A DNA stretch of 64,000 nucleotides from Octopus vulgaris (lineage: Eukaryota). The position numbers and the translations under genes were made by a program. The notes beneath the pieces are model-generated. The model was not told the DNA's origin. It did no database searches and saw only the letters and a list, made by a program, of their open reading frames with translations. The stretch spans positions 7,006,001 through 7,070,000 of the forward strand of contig OX597814.1 in the NCBI GenBank assembly GCA_951406725.2, read 5' to 3'. Every line of letters begins with the position of its first letter. Within the stretch, counting starts at the first letter, position 1. Shown piece after piece: positions 1 through 13,030 of the stretch.

Positions 1-279
1 TTTTCTACCCACAAAACAGGTGGACTTGTGGTGTCTTAACTTCCTCCATATTGCAGAATTTATGAGTGACCAGTAGCAGAATATATAATATTTATGAGTG
101 ATTATTGACAGGCAGAATATGCAGGATTTATGAATGGTGATTAACAATATTCATGATTGATGAATAGTGTTAAACACAATATATAAAATTTATGAGTGAT
201 AATGAATAGATTGTACAGGATTTATGAATGGTTGAATGACCAACGACAGAATTGATAAAACTTTAGTTTAAATAATTTA

Positions 280-430
280 GTTTGTGCTTCCAAACATTTA
301 TATCTTTAATTCAAATCCTGCCAAGTTCAACTTTACCTTTCAGTCTTCTTAGGTCAATAAAATACCTGTTATATACTGGGTTGATTTAATTGATTATATA
401 TGGTTTGTACCTTTGTGCAAGAAATCTTTA
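280..430 (+). mobile_element. Old degenerate SINE, family B-like
   Basis: ttcaaatcctgccaagttcaactttacctttcagtcttctt...aataaaatacctgt...tactggggttgattt resembles the B-box and central domain of the family B copies elsewhere in the window. Confidence 0.5.
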
Positions 431-2211
431 TTATAAGAAAAGCTAAATATTTCCCTCCCACTTCTCTTTTTAAGCTTGACATTTAAAGCAATTGACTGAC
501 TTCTTTCATGCATTCTTGAAAACGCTACACCATCTCACCAGCAAATTTTCCATATATTTGCATTAAAGGTTAAAATATTTCATTCCTCTTCTTCAACAAA
601 TTCAATAACCTCTTAATTAATTAATATAAATTAGTCTTTATTCTTCAAGATTACTCCCAAAGCTGTTCTAATTCCAACATTTATCCTCTTCCAGGGAAAA
701 TACTTCAAGCAGTCAAGAATCTAGCATTTAAAAGTTGCAGTCGTTATTGGTTTGAAGAGTTAATTGAAATCTCCTTGGTTCTTTGCTAATTCTGGATAAG
801 TAGTCATTTGGTTAAAGAAAAAGAAAAAAATCGTATACAACTATATGCATACGTACATCTATATATATGTGTGTATGTACATAGGTATGTATATGTGTAT
901 GTATATATAGGTGTAGAGCTAGGCATAAGTCCGTTAATCCATTAATTGTTAATTAAAGAAGTTAACATTTATGTTAACGATTTAACTTTTAAGCTGACTT
1001 TGAAAATTATTATTGGACTAATTTAATTCTGTTACATTTAGCTTCCATTAACTCAAGTCCGTTAACCCCAAAATTTCATAAAAACCAGAAAACGTTTTAA
1101 CGTTTCTATTGTTTTCTGATTGTCTTAGCATATTTAATATTGTACGGGTAATTCTTTTCAAACCTGATATAATGCAAATTATTATTATAAATAACTTGTA
1201 GGACATCGTTTGGCCCTACCTGGATTTGAAACCAAATTCATTTGCTTGTTGTTACTTGCAAAGACAGTGGGAAATTTCTTTGTCCTGTCAAGAGGGAACA
1301 GTGATTGGTGTGTTTCCACTTGATCTATGACTTCGCTAAGGTGGATGTCAACAGAGAAAATATTGATTTCCATACAGTGGAAAAAACAAATGGAAGCAAA
1401 AAAGTTGGTAAATATTTCGGTGTGAACGCAAATAGCTGTTATGTGGTAGCAAGGGATGCTAGAAATAGTATCCAAATCTTTCCTTTTCTGAAGAAAAGGA
1501 GCCGTTTACCCATGATTTTGATATCACATTTGTTGAAAGCATGCAAAATAACCAGGAAATGAAAACAAAAACCCACGAAACAAACGTCCCTTGGTGGGAA
1601 ACTTTGAGGTCAACACCACCCTTTCCCACCTTTCTTTTCCAGAAAAATGTGGCTTGTGAATGGTTTGGAGGTCAGATATATTGAATACACCTGAAGAAAA
1701 CTGTGGAAAAAAAATTATTCCACACTGAGGTATGAAATATTTACTGAAAGAATAAAATCTTGTACAGATTATACCTGTATTTTAATTAATTCAAATTAAT
1801 GTACCTCATCTTGAAAAGTGGCAAAATTTTTATCGGTTGCCATCTGGGATAATTTCACTAACAAATCAAACAGGTAAGATGCATTAAGAATTTCAATTTT
1901 AGTGTTTTCATCTTAAGGAAGCCCTCAATAATTATCAAGCCTGTCACATGGGAAATCAGTGCTTGTCTCCATTTTGGATCTTTGTCCAGAACTGGCCAAT
2001 GATACACTCGTTCATATGTTAACAGGTCAAAAATATTATGGCATGGAATTTGCTTGAAACCAAATTGAAATTTCTGTGCTGGTGCCATACAAAGAGCACT
2101 TGAGGCAACACCACATTAAAAGGACCCATGCTAGTGCCACATAATAGCATTTGGTTGCTGTTTGGTTGCTGGATTTGATAAATGGAAATTAAAAGAAACC
2201 TACTGCGTGCA

Positions 2212-2255
<44 letters not shown>

Positions 2256-2599
2256 CACTTCTGCTCTCTCTTACACTTTTGCTGTTTCCTACTCTCTCCC
2301 TATTTCCATTTGGTCATTCTCTTTCTCCTCTTGTTTTTCCCTCTGACCAGGTAACCAACTATCTCCTTTACATCAGTACACTTGTTTCTGGCCTCTTTCT
2401 CATACCTCTTTCTCACTCTATCTCTTCTCTCACCCTCTTTCTCTCTCACTCTCTCTCTCTATATCTATCTCTCTCATGGGTAACCATGTATCTCTATAGC
2501 AAGACACCTATTTCTGCCTCTCTGTTTCTCTATCACATTCTAACCTTTCCCCCTCCTCAAATGTCCTTGCCCTTCTCAAAATTCCTTTTCTTGCAAGGT

Positions 2600-2892
2600 A
2601 TTTGGTGACCCTGCCAGTGCTGGTGCCATGTTAAAAGCAGCCAGCCCACATTGTAAAGCGGATCCCATTTGGAAGAGCATCCAGCCGTAAAAATCATGCC
2701 AAAACTAACATTACCTGTGCTAGTGTCATGTAAAAAGCACTGAGTCCACTCTGCTGAGTGGTTGGTGTTAGGAAGGGCATTCAACTGTAAAAACCCTGCC
2801 AAAACAGACAGAGTAGCCTAGGGTAGTTTTTCTACCTGGCTGGCTCCTGTCAACTGTCCTACCCATGCATGGAAGATGGATGTTACATGATG
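2600..2892 (+). mobile_element. Degenerate RTE-LINE 3' end module (family D)
   Basis: ctgagtggttggtgttaggaagggcattcaactgtaaaa ... acccatgcatggaagatggatgttacatgatg matches the younger family D copies. Confidence 0.7.
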
Positions 2893-3119
2893 GCATATAT
2901 ATACATACACATGTGTATGCATGTTTGTGTGTTTGTGTCTCCTTGTCTTAGCATTGCATGACAGCTGTAAATGAGTGTCACTGTCATACAAGCAGTGTCA
3001 TTCATTTCTGTGAAAACATGTCTAGCTGTTGGGTAGTGTTATTACTTTGCTCAGCAGCAACAAGAACAGTCAGCCAAATCAAATTTGCTTCATTAAACTT
3101 TTGCAAACCTGCACTTGCA

Positions 3120-3500
3120 GCATCATCATCATCATCGTCGTTTAATGTCTGCTTCCCATGTTGGTATGGGTTGGACGGTTTGACTGAGGGCTGGCAAGCC
3201 AGCAGGCTGTACCAGGCTCCAATCTGATCTGGCAAAGATTCTACAGCGGGATGCCCCTCCTAACACCAACCACTCCAAGAGTGTAGTGGGTGCTTTTATG
3301 TGCCACTGCCATGAGGGCCAGTCAAGCAGTCCCGGCATTGACCATGCTTGAATGGTGCTTTTTTACATGTCACTGGCATGGGAGCCAGTCAAGTGGCCCT
3401 GGCAATGACCAGCACCAAATGTTGCTTTTTATGTGCCACTGGCACGAGATCAGTCTGTCGGCACTGGCATCGACCAAACTCGAATGGTGTTTTTTAGATG
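3120..3500 (-). mobile_element. RTE-LINE 3' end (family D) with hairpin-unit array
   Basis: (cat)n tail at 3120, reverse complement of the D core, and about 4 gtgccactggc...tgcttttt units. Confidence 0.85.
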
Positions 3501-3934
3501 CCATTGTGAGGTTTCTGTCAGAGTAACATTCTCCGTCCCTTTTTTCCACCCATTACTCTACGTCCCCATCTCATCCCTACAAGTCCTGCACAACTGCATT
3601 ACTTCCCTCATGAGAGTCAGAGCTAGATAGAGAGTTAAAGATAAATAGATAGAGAGATAGATAGATAGAGAGAGAGAGAGAGTGAGGGGGAGAAAGAGAA
3701 TCAATATGACTCAGACAGAACCAGTGTGATACAGTGACTAAGAAGGATGAACCTTTTGAATTACAGGTACAATCCATCTAATGGGCTTCACTACAGTTTC
3801 TGTCTACTATAGAGCATATTCCATTGTGGGATTGAACCCAGAACCTAGAAGTTATCAAGTAAAGTTCTTCACCATTCGGTTATACAAATCTTACATTTAC
3901 TTACATACATACACAACTATGTGTGCATGTACAT

Positions 3935-3960
3935 AATTACATATATATATATATATAAAT

Positions 3961-4045
<85 letters not shown>

Positions 4046-4476
4046 ATACATGTATAACGTATGATTGTATGTCTCTATGTAAATCTTAGTATCTGTGACT
4101 GGATAGGTTTGTTGGTATATAATTGTGCAAGTTAGAAATTATGAATTATATTTAAAGCAGTATAAGGAGATTACTGTTCAAGAATAGATGCTGTTAGTGG
4201 ATAATCCTCTTAATGGATGAGGATAACTTAGATTTACTTAAGTTTATATTATTTGTGTGTATATTATATTTGTGTAGAGAGATACGACTGTTTATACACA
4301 ACATGATAAACATACCCTTGAATAAAGTGTATATGTGGCTGTTTGCCTGCAAATGTATGTGTGTATATATATGTATAAACATATATGTATACACAAATAC
4401 ACATACATACATACGTACGTATGTACGTACGCACGTACATACATACATATATACGTACATATATACATACATACAT

Positions 4477-4507
<31 letters not shown>

Positions 4508-4600
4508 CTTCTTTTATCCCTTTGCATGTTCCAATCAAAACACTATGACCATGTTAGAACACACACTTACACACATACACACACACACACACACGTGTGT
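3935..4600. repeat. Compound (TA)n/(CA)n/(TACA)n microsatellites
   Basis: Visible directly in the sequence; source of the HIYT-type ORFs. Confidence 0.9.
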
Positions 4601-5102
4601 GTGCATTTTGTTATGGGAGACAAAACCAGTATTAAAGTAAAATAGTAATCTGTGTATCATAGTTAATGCAAAGACATCACAAAAAGCCAGATGAACTGCT
4701 GTATTCCCCAGGAGATAATGTATCTTATGGACGTATTGTGTTAAATGACACAAAAATATGTCAGTACTAAATGAAAATTGTCTTTCTCTGATGTATTCAC
4801 ATTAAGCTTGATACACAGATATCGTCTCTATTGCACATAATGAATTTTTATTCTGCTGGTTGGCCAATTACAACATCAGTGATTCTTCAATCACTGTTTT
4901 CTTATATCAGTTACAACAGATACAGACTTAGCATGTGATTACCAATGCGTACTTGCTCCTGAAGAAGCCCAAAAAGACAGAAATACCTGACTAGCAATAC
5001 CACCACCACCACCACCACCACCACCACCACTACTGATGAGTTTAGCCAGCTGCTTATATATTGTTTGTGTTATTTAACACTGCACGTCTATAAGAGAAAA
5101 GG

Positions 5103-5333
5103 CCTTAAAGTAAAACGTTTTGTAGATGTCGAAAAGGTGAAGAAAAAACGACGGAGGCGTTAAAAGGCATCAGTTCGCAAGAGTTGCAGGACTGCTTCGA
5201 ACAGTGGGAAAGGGGTCTGGACCGAGGCATCGCTTCAAATGGAGAATACTTTGAAGGGGATAAAAGTGGGAACGAGTAAAACTAAGTGAATAAAATAGTA
5301 TTGCAAAATTCCAGTTTCTTTGGGGTACCCTTG
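5103..5333 (+). mobile_element. Mariner transposon 3' fragment
   Basis: Translates LKVKRFVDVEKVKKKTTEALKGISSQELQDCFEQWERGLDRGIASNGEYFEGDK (mariner C-terminus); ends ...ggggtacccttg followed by TA. Confidence 0.85.
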
Positions 5334-5526
5334 TATGTGTGTGTGTGTGTGTGTGTGTGTGCGTGAACGTGTGTGTGTGTGTGTGCACGTGTGTGTGTGT
5401 GTGTGTGCACGAGGGTGTGTGTGTGTGGGTGCACGTGTGTGTGTGTGCATGCACATATGTGTGTGTGTGCACGTGTGTGTGCATGTGTGTGTGTGTGTGC
5501 ATGTGAGAGTATATGAAGTATATGAA

Positions 5527-5860
5527 AGTGCATGACTCAGTGGTTAGAGTGTCAGGCTCACAATCATGAGGTTGTGAGTTCGATTCCCAGACTGGGCTGT
5601 GCTCTGTTCTTGAGCAAGATACTTTATTTTATGTTGCTCCAGTTTACTCAGCTGTAGAAATGAGTTGCCTCATCACTGGTGCCAAGCTGTATCAGCCCCT
5701 TTGCCTTTCACTTGGATAACAGCGGTGGCATGGAGATGGGAGGCTGGTATGGATGGGTGACTGCTGGTCTTCCATAAACAACATTGTCTGGACTTGTGCC
5801 TCGGAGAGTAACTTGCTATATGCAATTCCATGATCATTCTTGACCAAAGTATAAAGTATG
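5527..5860 (+). mobile_element. tRNA-derived SINE (family E)
   Basis: A box tgactcagtgg, B box gagttcgattcc, then a ttgagcaagatacttt...ctcagctgtagaaatgag central domain. Confidence 0.75.
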
Positions 5861-5924
5861 TATATGTACACACACACACACTTCAAGTGCTTGTATCTTT
5901 CTAACTTTTGTATGTATGTATGCT

Positions 5925-6172
5925 TCCGTGCCGGTGGCACGTAAAAAGCACCAACCGATCGTGGCCGTTGCTAGACTCCCCTGGCACCTGTGCCGGTGGC
6001 ATTTAAAAAGCACGCACTACACTCATGGAGTGGTTGGCGTTAGGAAAGGCATCCAGCTGTAGAAACTCTGCCAGATCAGACTGGAGCCTGGTGCAGCCTC
6101 CTGGCTTCCCAGACCCCGGTTGAACCGTCCAACCCATGCTAGCAATGAAAACGGACATTAAACGATGATGAC
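5925..6172 (+). mobile_element. RTE-LINE 3' end (family D)
   Basis: gccggtggcacgtaaaaagcacc units, ggttggcgttaggaaaggcatccagctgtagaaa core and (gat)n tail. Confidence 0.9.
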
Positions 6173-6384
6173 GTATGTATATATATATCTGTGTGTGTGT
6201 GTGTGTGTTAATACATACATTTGAAACATTTTTACTGATCACTACTAAAATTCAGGATATTTTTCAAAACAATTTTCTTTTTTGTAGAAGTGAAATTCCT
6301 TTCAATAGTTAGATTTAAGCCCCGAGTACACACTGTGAACTGATTGATGTTAAGGAGGGCCTCCAGCTGTAGACACCATTTTTA

Positions 6385-7160
6385 AGTAGACAGTGGTTGA
6401 GGGAACCTGTGGAAGAGGTAGACCCAGGAAGACTTGGGATGAGGTGGTGAAGCAAGACCTTTGAACATTAGGCCTCACTGTGGCAATGACTAGTGACCAA
6501 GACCTTTGGAAATATGCTCTGCTTGAGAAGACCCAGCAAGCCAAGTGAGACCATAACCCGTGGCCTATGCCAGGGGTGTAATCAGCCCACTTATGCATAC
6601 CTTTCCTTCATTAGACACTAAACTCTGCTTGCGAAGAACTGTTGAAGGAAGTGAAATCGAAATCGAAATCAAATTCAATGACAGCACCGCATGACTGGCA
6701 TCTGTGCTAGTGCAGCGCTAAGAGCACCATCTGATATGATTGTTGCCAGAGCAGCTGACTGGTTCCCGTGCCAGTGGCACATAAAAATCACCATTTGAGC
6801 ATGATCATTAGCAGCGTTGCCTCACTGGCACTTGTGCCGGTGGCACGTGAAAAAGAAATATTTGAGCAAGGTTGTTGCCAGTGCCGCTGGACTGGCTCCT
6901 GTGCAGATGGCACATAAAAAACACCATTTGAGCGTGGCCATTGCCAGTACCACCAGACTGGCCCTCGTGCCAGTGGCACATAAAAGCACCCACTACACTC
7001 TCAGAGTGGTTGGCGTTAGGAAGGGCATCCAGCTGTAGAAACTCCGCCGGATCAGATTGGATCCTGGTGCAGCCTTCTGGCTCACCAGTCCTCAGTCAAA
7101 TCATCCGACCCATGCCAGCATGGAAAGTGGACATTAAACGATGATGATGACGATGATGAG
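6385..7160 (+). mobile_element. 5'-truncated RTE LINE: ORF end plus whole 3' UTR
   Basis: VEGTCGRGRPRKTWDEVVKQDL...EKTQQAK* followed by UTR, 4 hairpin units, D core and (gat)n; colinear with 32660-33290. Confidence 0.9.
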
Positions 7161-7835
7161 TGGAGCATGATGTAGTTCATGGGTCCATTGGACCCTACCA
7201 AAGCATCCAACCAGTGTGGATGTTAAATGATGATGATGATGATGATGATGTTTGTTTCTATTAAAATAATTAGATTCACTTTATTCATTAGCAGAATTTA
7301 ATATTCAGTACTTCTTCCTAGAATATCTTTGAGTTCTTTTTTTACCTTCTTTGGTTTTTGTTTTACATTCTTCAAACGAGGCTCACTGTCACCTTGTCAA
7401 TAATTTTGCTTCTAATTTATGCAATTTTTCTAAAATTATGCAATTAAATTTCTTGCTTTAAAGCAATATCAATCAATTTTTGACTTTAACGATCTGTCAT
7501 TAATTTTTCATAATTACTGTTGCTTTTATTGTTATTTTTTAACCCCAGGCCAGACCTGATCAAACAGATCTAAAATCAGAGATGGTTCAGTGATGACCAC
7601 TCCATCCTCTTCCATGTGTTACTGTAAACAGGACTGGATTATGCAATGATTATGCCATCAGCTAATTAGGAGAAGTCTATGTGGTTGCTTAATTTGCTAA
7701 AAATACAAGCTGAAACATCCTTATATCATATCTAACATTTCCAAAAATGGTAGGAAAGAATATAAAACCATTTAATAGTTTTTCATTCAGGAGATTGTTC
7801 AGTCTACAATGTATGGTCTTTGAGAAACAAATTAA

Positions 7836-8056
7836 CCATTTAGCATTCGGATTATCCTGTCAATTCTAAAGCTTATTTAATTCACATTGTTTTGAATTGA
7901 TTGTGCAGTATATCGTAGCTTTGAGATTTGCGAATGTGATTGGTTATTTTTAGAATGACATTTTAGGTTAGATGTGAGAGGCCAGGTCTGGCCACTTTGA
8001 ACATTAAACAAGGAGAATATTTGGGGCTAGATAGGGCAGATTTAAATTCTAAAGGG
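7836..8056. mobile_element. piggyBac-type MITE (decayed)
   Basis: ttaa|ccatttagcatt ... aattctaaaggg|ttca: imperfect TIR with a TTAA-like TSD. Confidence 0.65.
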
Positions 8057-8729
8057 TTCAGAAATTTTGGTGAATGAGGAATGAATTCTCATATTGGTAA
8101 AGCATTAATCTTGAATAAACAGGCTGCTGCAGAAAAAGGATGTATTTTCACAGAGTTTGATGCCAAGTCTTCAATAACACTGACAGTTTAAAATTTAACC
8201 CATCAAATCTAAAACTTCAGGAAATCTTTGAAATTCTTTTCACTCTCACTTCTAAAATATTTGACTGGAAGGTCAATAAATTTGATAAAGCAGCGACCAT
8301 ACTTTGGCTGTGTTTTCAGCTCTAAAGAGACAACAAATAGTTCCATTTGGTTATGATTTTGCAGTGTTCATTTATTTTTTAGCCATTGCAGTGTTTTGGA
8401 TGTAGAATGTAATTAATATAAACAAAATTTTTAAAGTTTGTGAAACAAACCTAATCTTCTGTTGTACACCCCCAGAAATTGAGGGCAACCCCCATAAACA
8501 ATTATAGTTCTTTTTACTAATACATCAAAGAAAATTTCTTTTGATAGGGCTTGAAATTATGTTTTAGAGGGAGAATCAAAAAGTTATCTTCAGTATTTAT
8601 CAGGATGCTGGTCAGGGTAAATAAGTGTGTAGTTTTAATTATGAAGAGGGACTGGAAATTAGATTTAATGATACAGAGATACCACCAGATGATATCTTTA
8701 GATCACTGAAAAGTAATGAGACACACAAG

Positions 8730-9080
8730 TTCTGAAGAATGCTGTAGGACAAAAGGATTAATGTAAGGAGAAGCGAGAGAGAAAAGTCTGCAAAGAGAAC
8801 CTGAGAAGGATTGAGGAGGTCAGAGCAAAATTAAATGGAGGGATTATCATTAAAGCAATGAATAGTTGGGATATTCATTGTATTAAGGTAATCTGTTCCT
8901 GTTTTTAATAAAGGGACAAAGACAAAGCTACAGGAATTAGATAGAAATGGTAAACTACTCCCAATTCACTGTGCATACAGTGTTACAGTGACAGGCTCTA
9001 CCTACCATAAAAAGAAGGGGTCAGAGGATTGCAAAATCCAGGCAACACCATCAGTCCAGCCAAAATGGGTTTGAAAAAGA
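8730..9080 (+). mobile_element. R4/Dong-clade non-LTR retrotransposon remnant (post-RT region)
   Basis: Frameshifted KLNGGIIIKAMNSW...LQELDRNGKLL...SDRLYLP*KEGVRGL, like the LNGGN..AIN.WA / DRLYLPRKEGGRGL motifs of this clade. Confidence 0.7.
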
Positions 9081-9739
9081 TGATTTGATTATAGAATCTG
9101 TTTAGAAATATCTTCAGTTCCTTACATGTCGGCTGTGAGGAGCATTTTCTGAAACAATAGACTACATTGTGTTCGTGTGTCCCATATGGCGCCTACAAAA
9201 TACATTTGGAGACATTGTAATCTTGCTTCAAAAAACTTAGTGGCTGTGCCTTATGACTTGTCAGGACGGACACACACACACACACACACACATACACATG
9301 CACACACACACACACACATGCACACACACAAAATTCAATGCTTATTTATAGCACAATGTCTCCTTATTAATGCTGATTTTAAAACCCAATCCTTTCTTAT
9401 GTAACTTTTCCCAAAAAGACATTTTGTTTTGATCGCAATAGTAAAATGTGTCTGGAAAAACATGAAGTACAAAAGTCAATTTTAAAAAAAGCAAGAGATG
9501 AGCAAAAACACAAAGAAACTGGTTATGGTTATCAGTTTGAAAAATCTGATAAATATTTATCAACAAAATCTGAAAAAGTTACTTAAGAACGAACTTAAGA
9601 TGCAACAACTTCCTAACAAGTTTCAGAGCAAGCAAGACTTTACTAAATGAGGGCCATGAAGAAGGGCCTCAAATATTGAAGAGTTTGAAGAGAAAATGTT
9701 TGCTTGCCACAAAATATTTCAAAGTTTGAGTAAGCAACA

Positions 9740-9870
9740 GCCTTTTCCATTGACATCTTAAATACAGAAGTCATAATTGTGGAATGTCTGAGAGAGATTG
9801 GTTTGTGTGCAGTGTCAAAAATAAACCTATATTTTGTTTACTGTGTCAACTATTCGGGTAAAGGCTGTTA
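9740..9870 (+). mobile_element. Possible hAT (TTF zinc-finger) remnant
   Basis: Translates ERDWFVCSVKNKPIFCLLCQLFG, resembling RxWLxYS...FCxxCxLF. Confidence 0.35.
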
Positions 9871-10404
9871 ATAAACCAGTTTTGACAATAGAGAATGAAC
9901 GATTTACACAGAAGAAAATTATATAAGTAAAAGTTCCTGTGAATGAATCAAGTAACCAGCATAAATTTGAATTGTGTATAACGGAGGGATGTCAAAGCAA
10001 GAATTTAAACAAATATTTGCCTGGAATATTTTCAGCCGGAATGAATTGTTGCAGAGGAGGATCCATTGAACTAATACTTTATACGGACATTATTTTTTGA
10101 TGAAAAGTGGTTTGTGTTTTGTGGTGCCATTCCTTTGATTGGTAACTGTCTTTGCTTGGTTGGATGCTGTTACACTGGGATCCCACAGGAAGATTAAAGA
10201 AATATGGGTTAAAAGAAGAAGGTTGCAAGAACATTATTTGTTACTTGGGTTACAAAATGAATTTATTTCTTTGTGGTGTGATCTCAATTAAAATCACGCA
10301 CACTATGAAAAAAACCCAACAAAAAACAGAAGAACAAAGGTAGATTACGATTCAATGACAGTTGGTGTAACACTGCATTCTGCATGTGTTGAACAGGTGA
10401 CATT

Positions 10405-10903
10405 TATTATAATAATAATAATAATAATAATAATAAAACATTGTGTACAGTGCTCAGGTGCACTACAACTCATCTAAAATGTATGTATAATCAGGTGTAG
10501 TTTCGGCGGATTTCGGAAAGCATGAGGGCCTTAAAGGATGCAGTGTCATGGCAGTCAACAACTGACGCAGGCAGTTTGTTCCATGCTTCAGCAACTCTGA
10601 GCGTGAAAAAATGTTTCCGAATGTCATGGGAGCTATGCTGTTTTCTGACTTTGTAGGCATGTCCACGTGTGTTGGACACATGGAGATCAAAAAGGTGTTC
10701 AGTGTTGTTGTTGTTGGTGAGGTGGTTGATAACTTTGTGGGTGTTTACCAAGTCCATCGCCAGACGCCGGAGCTTCAGTGAATCCATGCCCAGGGAAACA
10801 AGGCACTCAGAGTATGGTAGGTGTCTGATGGAGGGTATGCGTTTTGTTGCACGTCTCTGAACAGATTCCAGGAGGTCAATGTTCTGAGCAAGATAGGGGT
10901 TCC
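10405..10903 (-). mobile_element. CR1-type LINE 3' end
   Basis: NPYLAQNIDLLESVQRRATKRIP..LPYSECL..L.MDSLKLRRLAMDL...TRGHAYK...FFTLRVAEAWNKLP, with a (tta)n tail. Confidence 0.9.
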
Positions 10904-11328
10904 TATTATATATTACCTTTAAAGTATAAATTGTGAATTTAAGATAGAAATGAAATTTCCATCTTTTGAAAACTTCTGTGGGAGAACAGACATTGCAAAC
11001 TTGAGAAAAGGAGACATTGAGTCAAAATGCATTTCTCATGGAAGATTGCAGAAATCAAATGCTGGCTTATACAAGTGCAAGGCAGAATGGAAGATATTAA
11101 ATGAATATTCTCTCACTGTTTTCTCAGCATGTGGAGGATGTCATATATAAAAATACTCTGCTGAAGAATTACTGAAGTAGTGTCTGTATGTGTTTTCTCT
11201 CTCTCTCTCTCTCTCTGTATATATATATATATATACTACTAATATAGACTGAATTTTTTTTACAGAAAAAAATTTCATCAAAAAAGTGGCAGTATATTAA
11301 AATACCTTTAAAGCCTAAAATTATAAAC

Positions 11329-11714
11329 AACTTATAAACAAGGGCAAAAGAAAATTATTTCTATGCCAATATGCTGATAACAGACTTTTAAATCGTCAAT
11401 TCCCACATATTATTATATACCCGCTACAGAAATACGTTGTGCTGAAATCGAGGAAAGCTAGACAACAGAATTTTTTTAAAAAGTTCGTTATTTCTATATT
11501 GAATCAATTTCGAAATTAATCTCATAATAGATTTTTTTCCTCTTCAGTAGAAAATACAAATAGAAATAAATGAAATACTTACATGCGCCCATGGAAAAAA
11601 TGCCGAAGCAAAAGTCATGAGTACACATAAGTACCCCAGATATATCTAAATATAAAATTCTGTTATCAGCATATTGGCATAGAAATAATTTTCTTTTGCC
11701 CTTGTTTATAAGTT
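11329..11714. repeat. 62-bp inverted repeat pair (MITE-like or inverted duplication)
   Basis: 11329-11390 equals the reverse complement of 11653-11714 with one mismatch. Confidence 0.9.
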
Positions 11715-11728
11715 ATATATATATATAT

Positions 11729-12056
11729 TGCCGGTGGCACGTAAAAAGCACCATCCGTTCGTGGCCGTTGCCAGCGCCGCCCTGACTGGTTTCCATGCCG
11801 GTGGCACATAAAAGCACCATCCGTTTGTGACCGTTTGCCAGCTCCATCTGGCACCTGTGCGGGTGGCACGTAAAAAGCACCCACTACACTCGCGGAGTGG
11901 TTGGCGTTAGGAAGGGCATCCAGCTGTAGAAACACTGCCAGATCAGACTGGGCATGATGCAGCCTTCTGGCTTCACAGACCCCAGTTGAACCGTCCAACC
12001 CATGCTAGCATGGAAAGCGGACGCTAAATGATGATGATGATGATGATGATGATGAT
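11729..12056 (+). mobile_element. RTE-LINE 3' end (family D)
   Basis: 3 hairpin units, D core and (gat)n tail; (TA)n on both flanks. Confidence 0.9.
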
Positions 12057-12062
12057 ATATAT

Positions 12063-13030
12063 ATCTTCCACCCTTTCTGAACCAAACATTTTTGTGAAAG
12101 GAACAAATTTAGAAGTCATTGACACCTTTGTTTACCTTGGAAGCAGACTGTCAAGAGATGGTGGTCTTGATGCAGAGATATACTATTGAATAGGGAAGGG
12201 AACTATTGCAGTTGGAAACCTCGAAAAACGAGTCTGGGTGAATAGAAGTATTTCCCTGCTGACAAAAATCAGTGTCTTTAAAAGGGGGGGTATTGACTGC
12301 ACTTCTTTATTTGAGTAAGATGTGGACCACTTACAGGCATCATATGAAAAGTGCCTCAGACATTTCTTGGGAGACAAGTGGGAATGTTTCATGCAAGATA
12401 CAGAAGTTTTGCGCATGAAACGTAGCTCAAATGAACAATATGTTATCTTGGCTCAAATGAAATGTGCTGGGCATTTTATTAGAATGAAAGGTGAGTGATT
12501 GCCAAAGCATGTTTTTTATGGTGAGCTCAACTCTGGCAACGTAAATCATGGAAAAGGTAAAAAAAACTGTGTGAAGGAAAACCTGAAAAAACTAGATATG
12601 AAGAAAAGTGATTGGCAAAATGATGTTCTGGATGGGGACAAATGGAGAGGTGCTGTTAGTACTGGTTGCAATGCCTGGGAGGAAAAGATGATTCAGCACT
12701 CTGAACTTAAAAGGGCCTGTCACAAAGGAACTTTTGGAACTGTAATCAACAGTGAACATTGGATATGTATTTTGTGTGATCGTGTTCTGTTGTGAAGAAC
12801 AGGAGACGTGAATCATATGAAATCACATGAAAATCAAAATGCCCAGACAGGTAATGATCTTGGACACCAACCACCTCTTACGATTTGTGTCATATGTCAC
12901 AAAAATTCACAACAACAGAATCAGATTTCAAAGGGCAAAGATACCGATGAAACTTGAATAATATCTGTCATCACTTGTGTTTTAAACCCTGTCAGTCGGC
13001 AGCTGCTCTCAAAAGTCATCTGGGGGTTCA
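12063..13030 (+). mobile_element. RTE-clade LINE remnant (second lineage) with C-terminal zinc finger
   Basis: LEVIDTFVYLGSRLSRDGGLDAEI...LPKHVFYGEL...WRGAV...WICILCDRV, with stops and frameshifts. Confidence 0.8.

Noticed and set aside
50-240. Functional repeat array (atttatgagtg/atttatgaatg)
   Set aside because: Irregular, highly degenerate minisatellite with no other support
5925-7160. CRISPR-like repeat-spacer pattern of gccggtggcacgtaaaaagcacc
   Set aside because: The apparent spacers are homologous to each other and the array lies in a LINE 3' UTR
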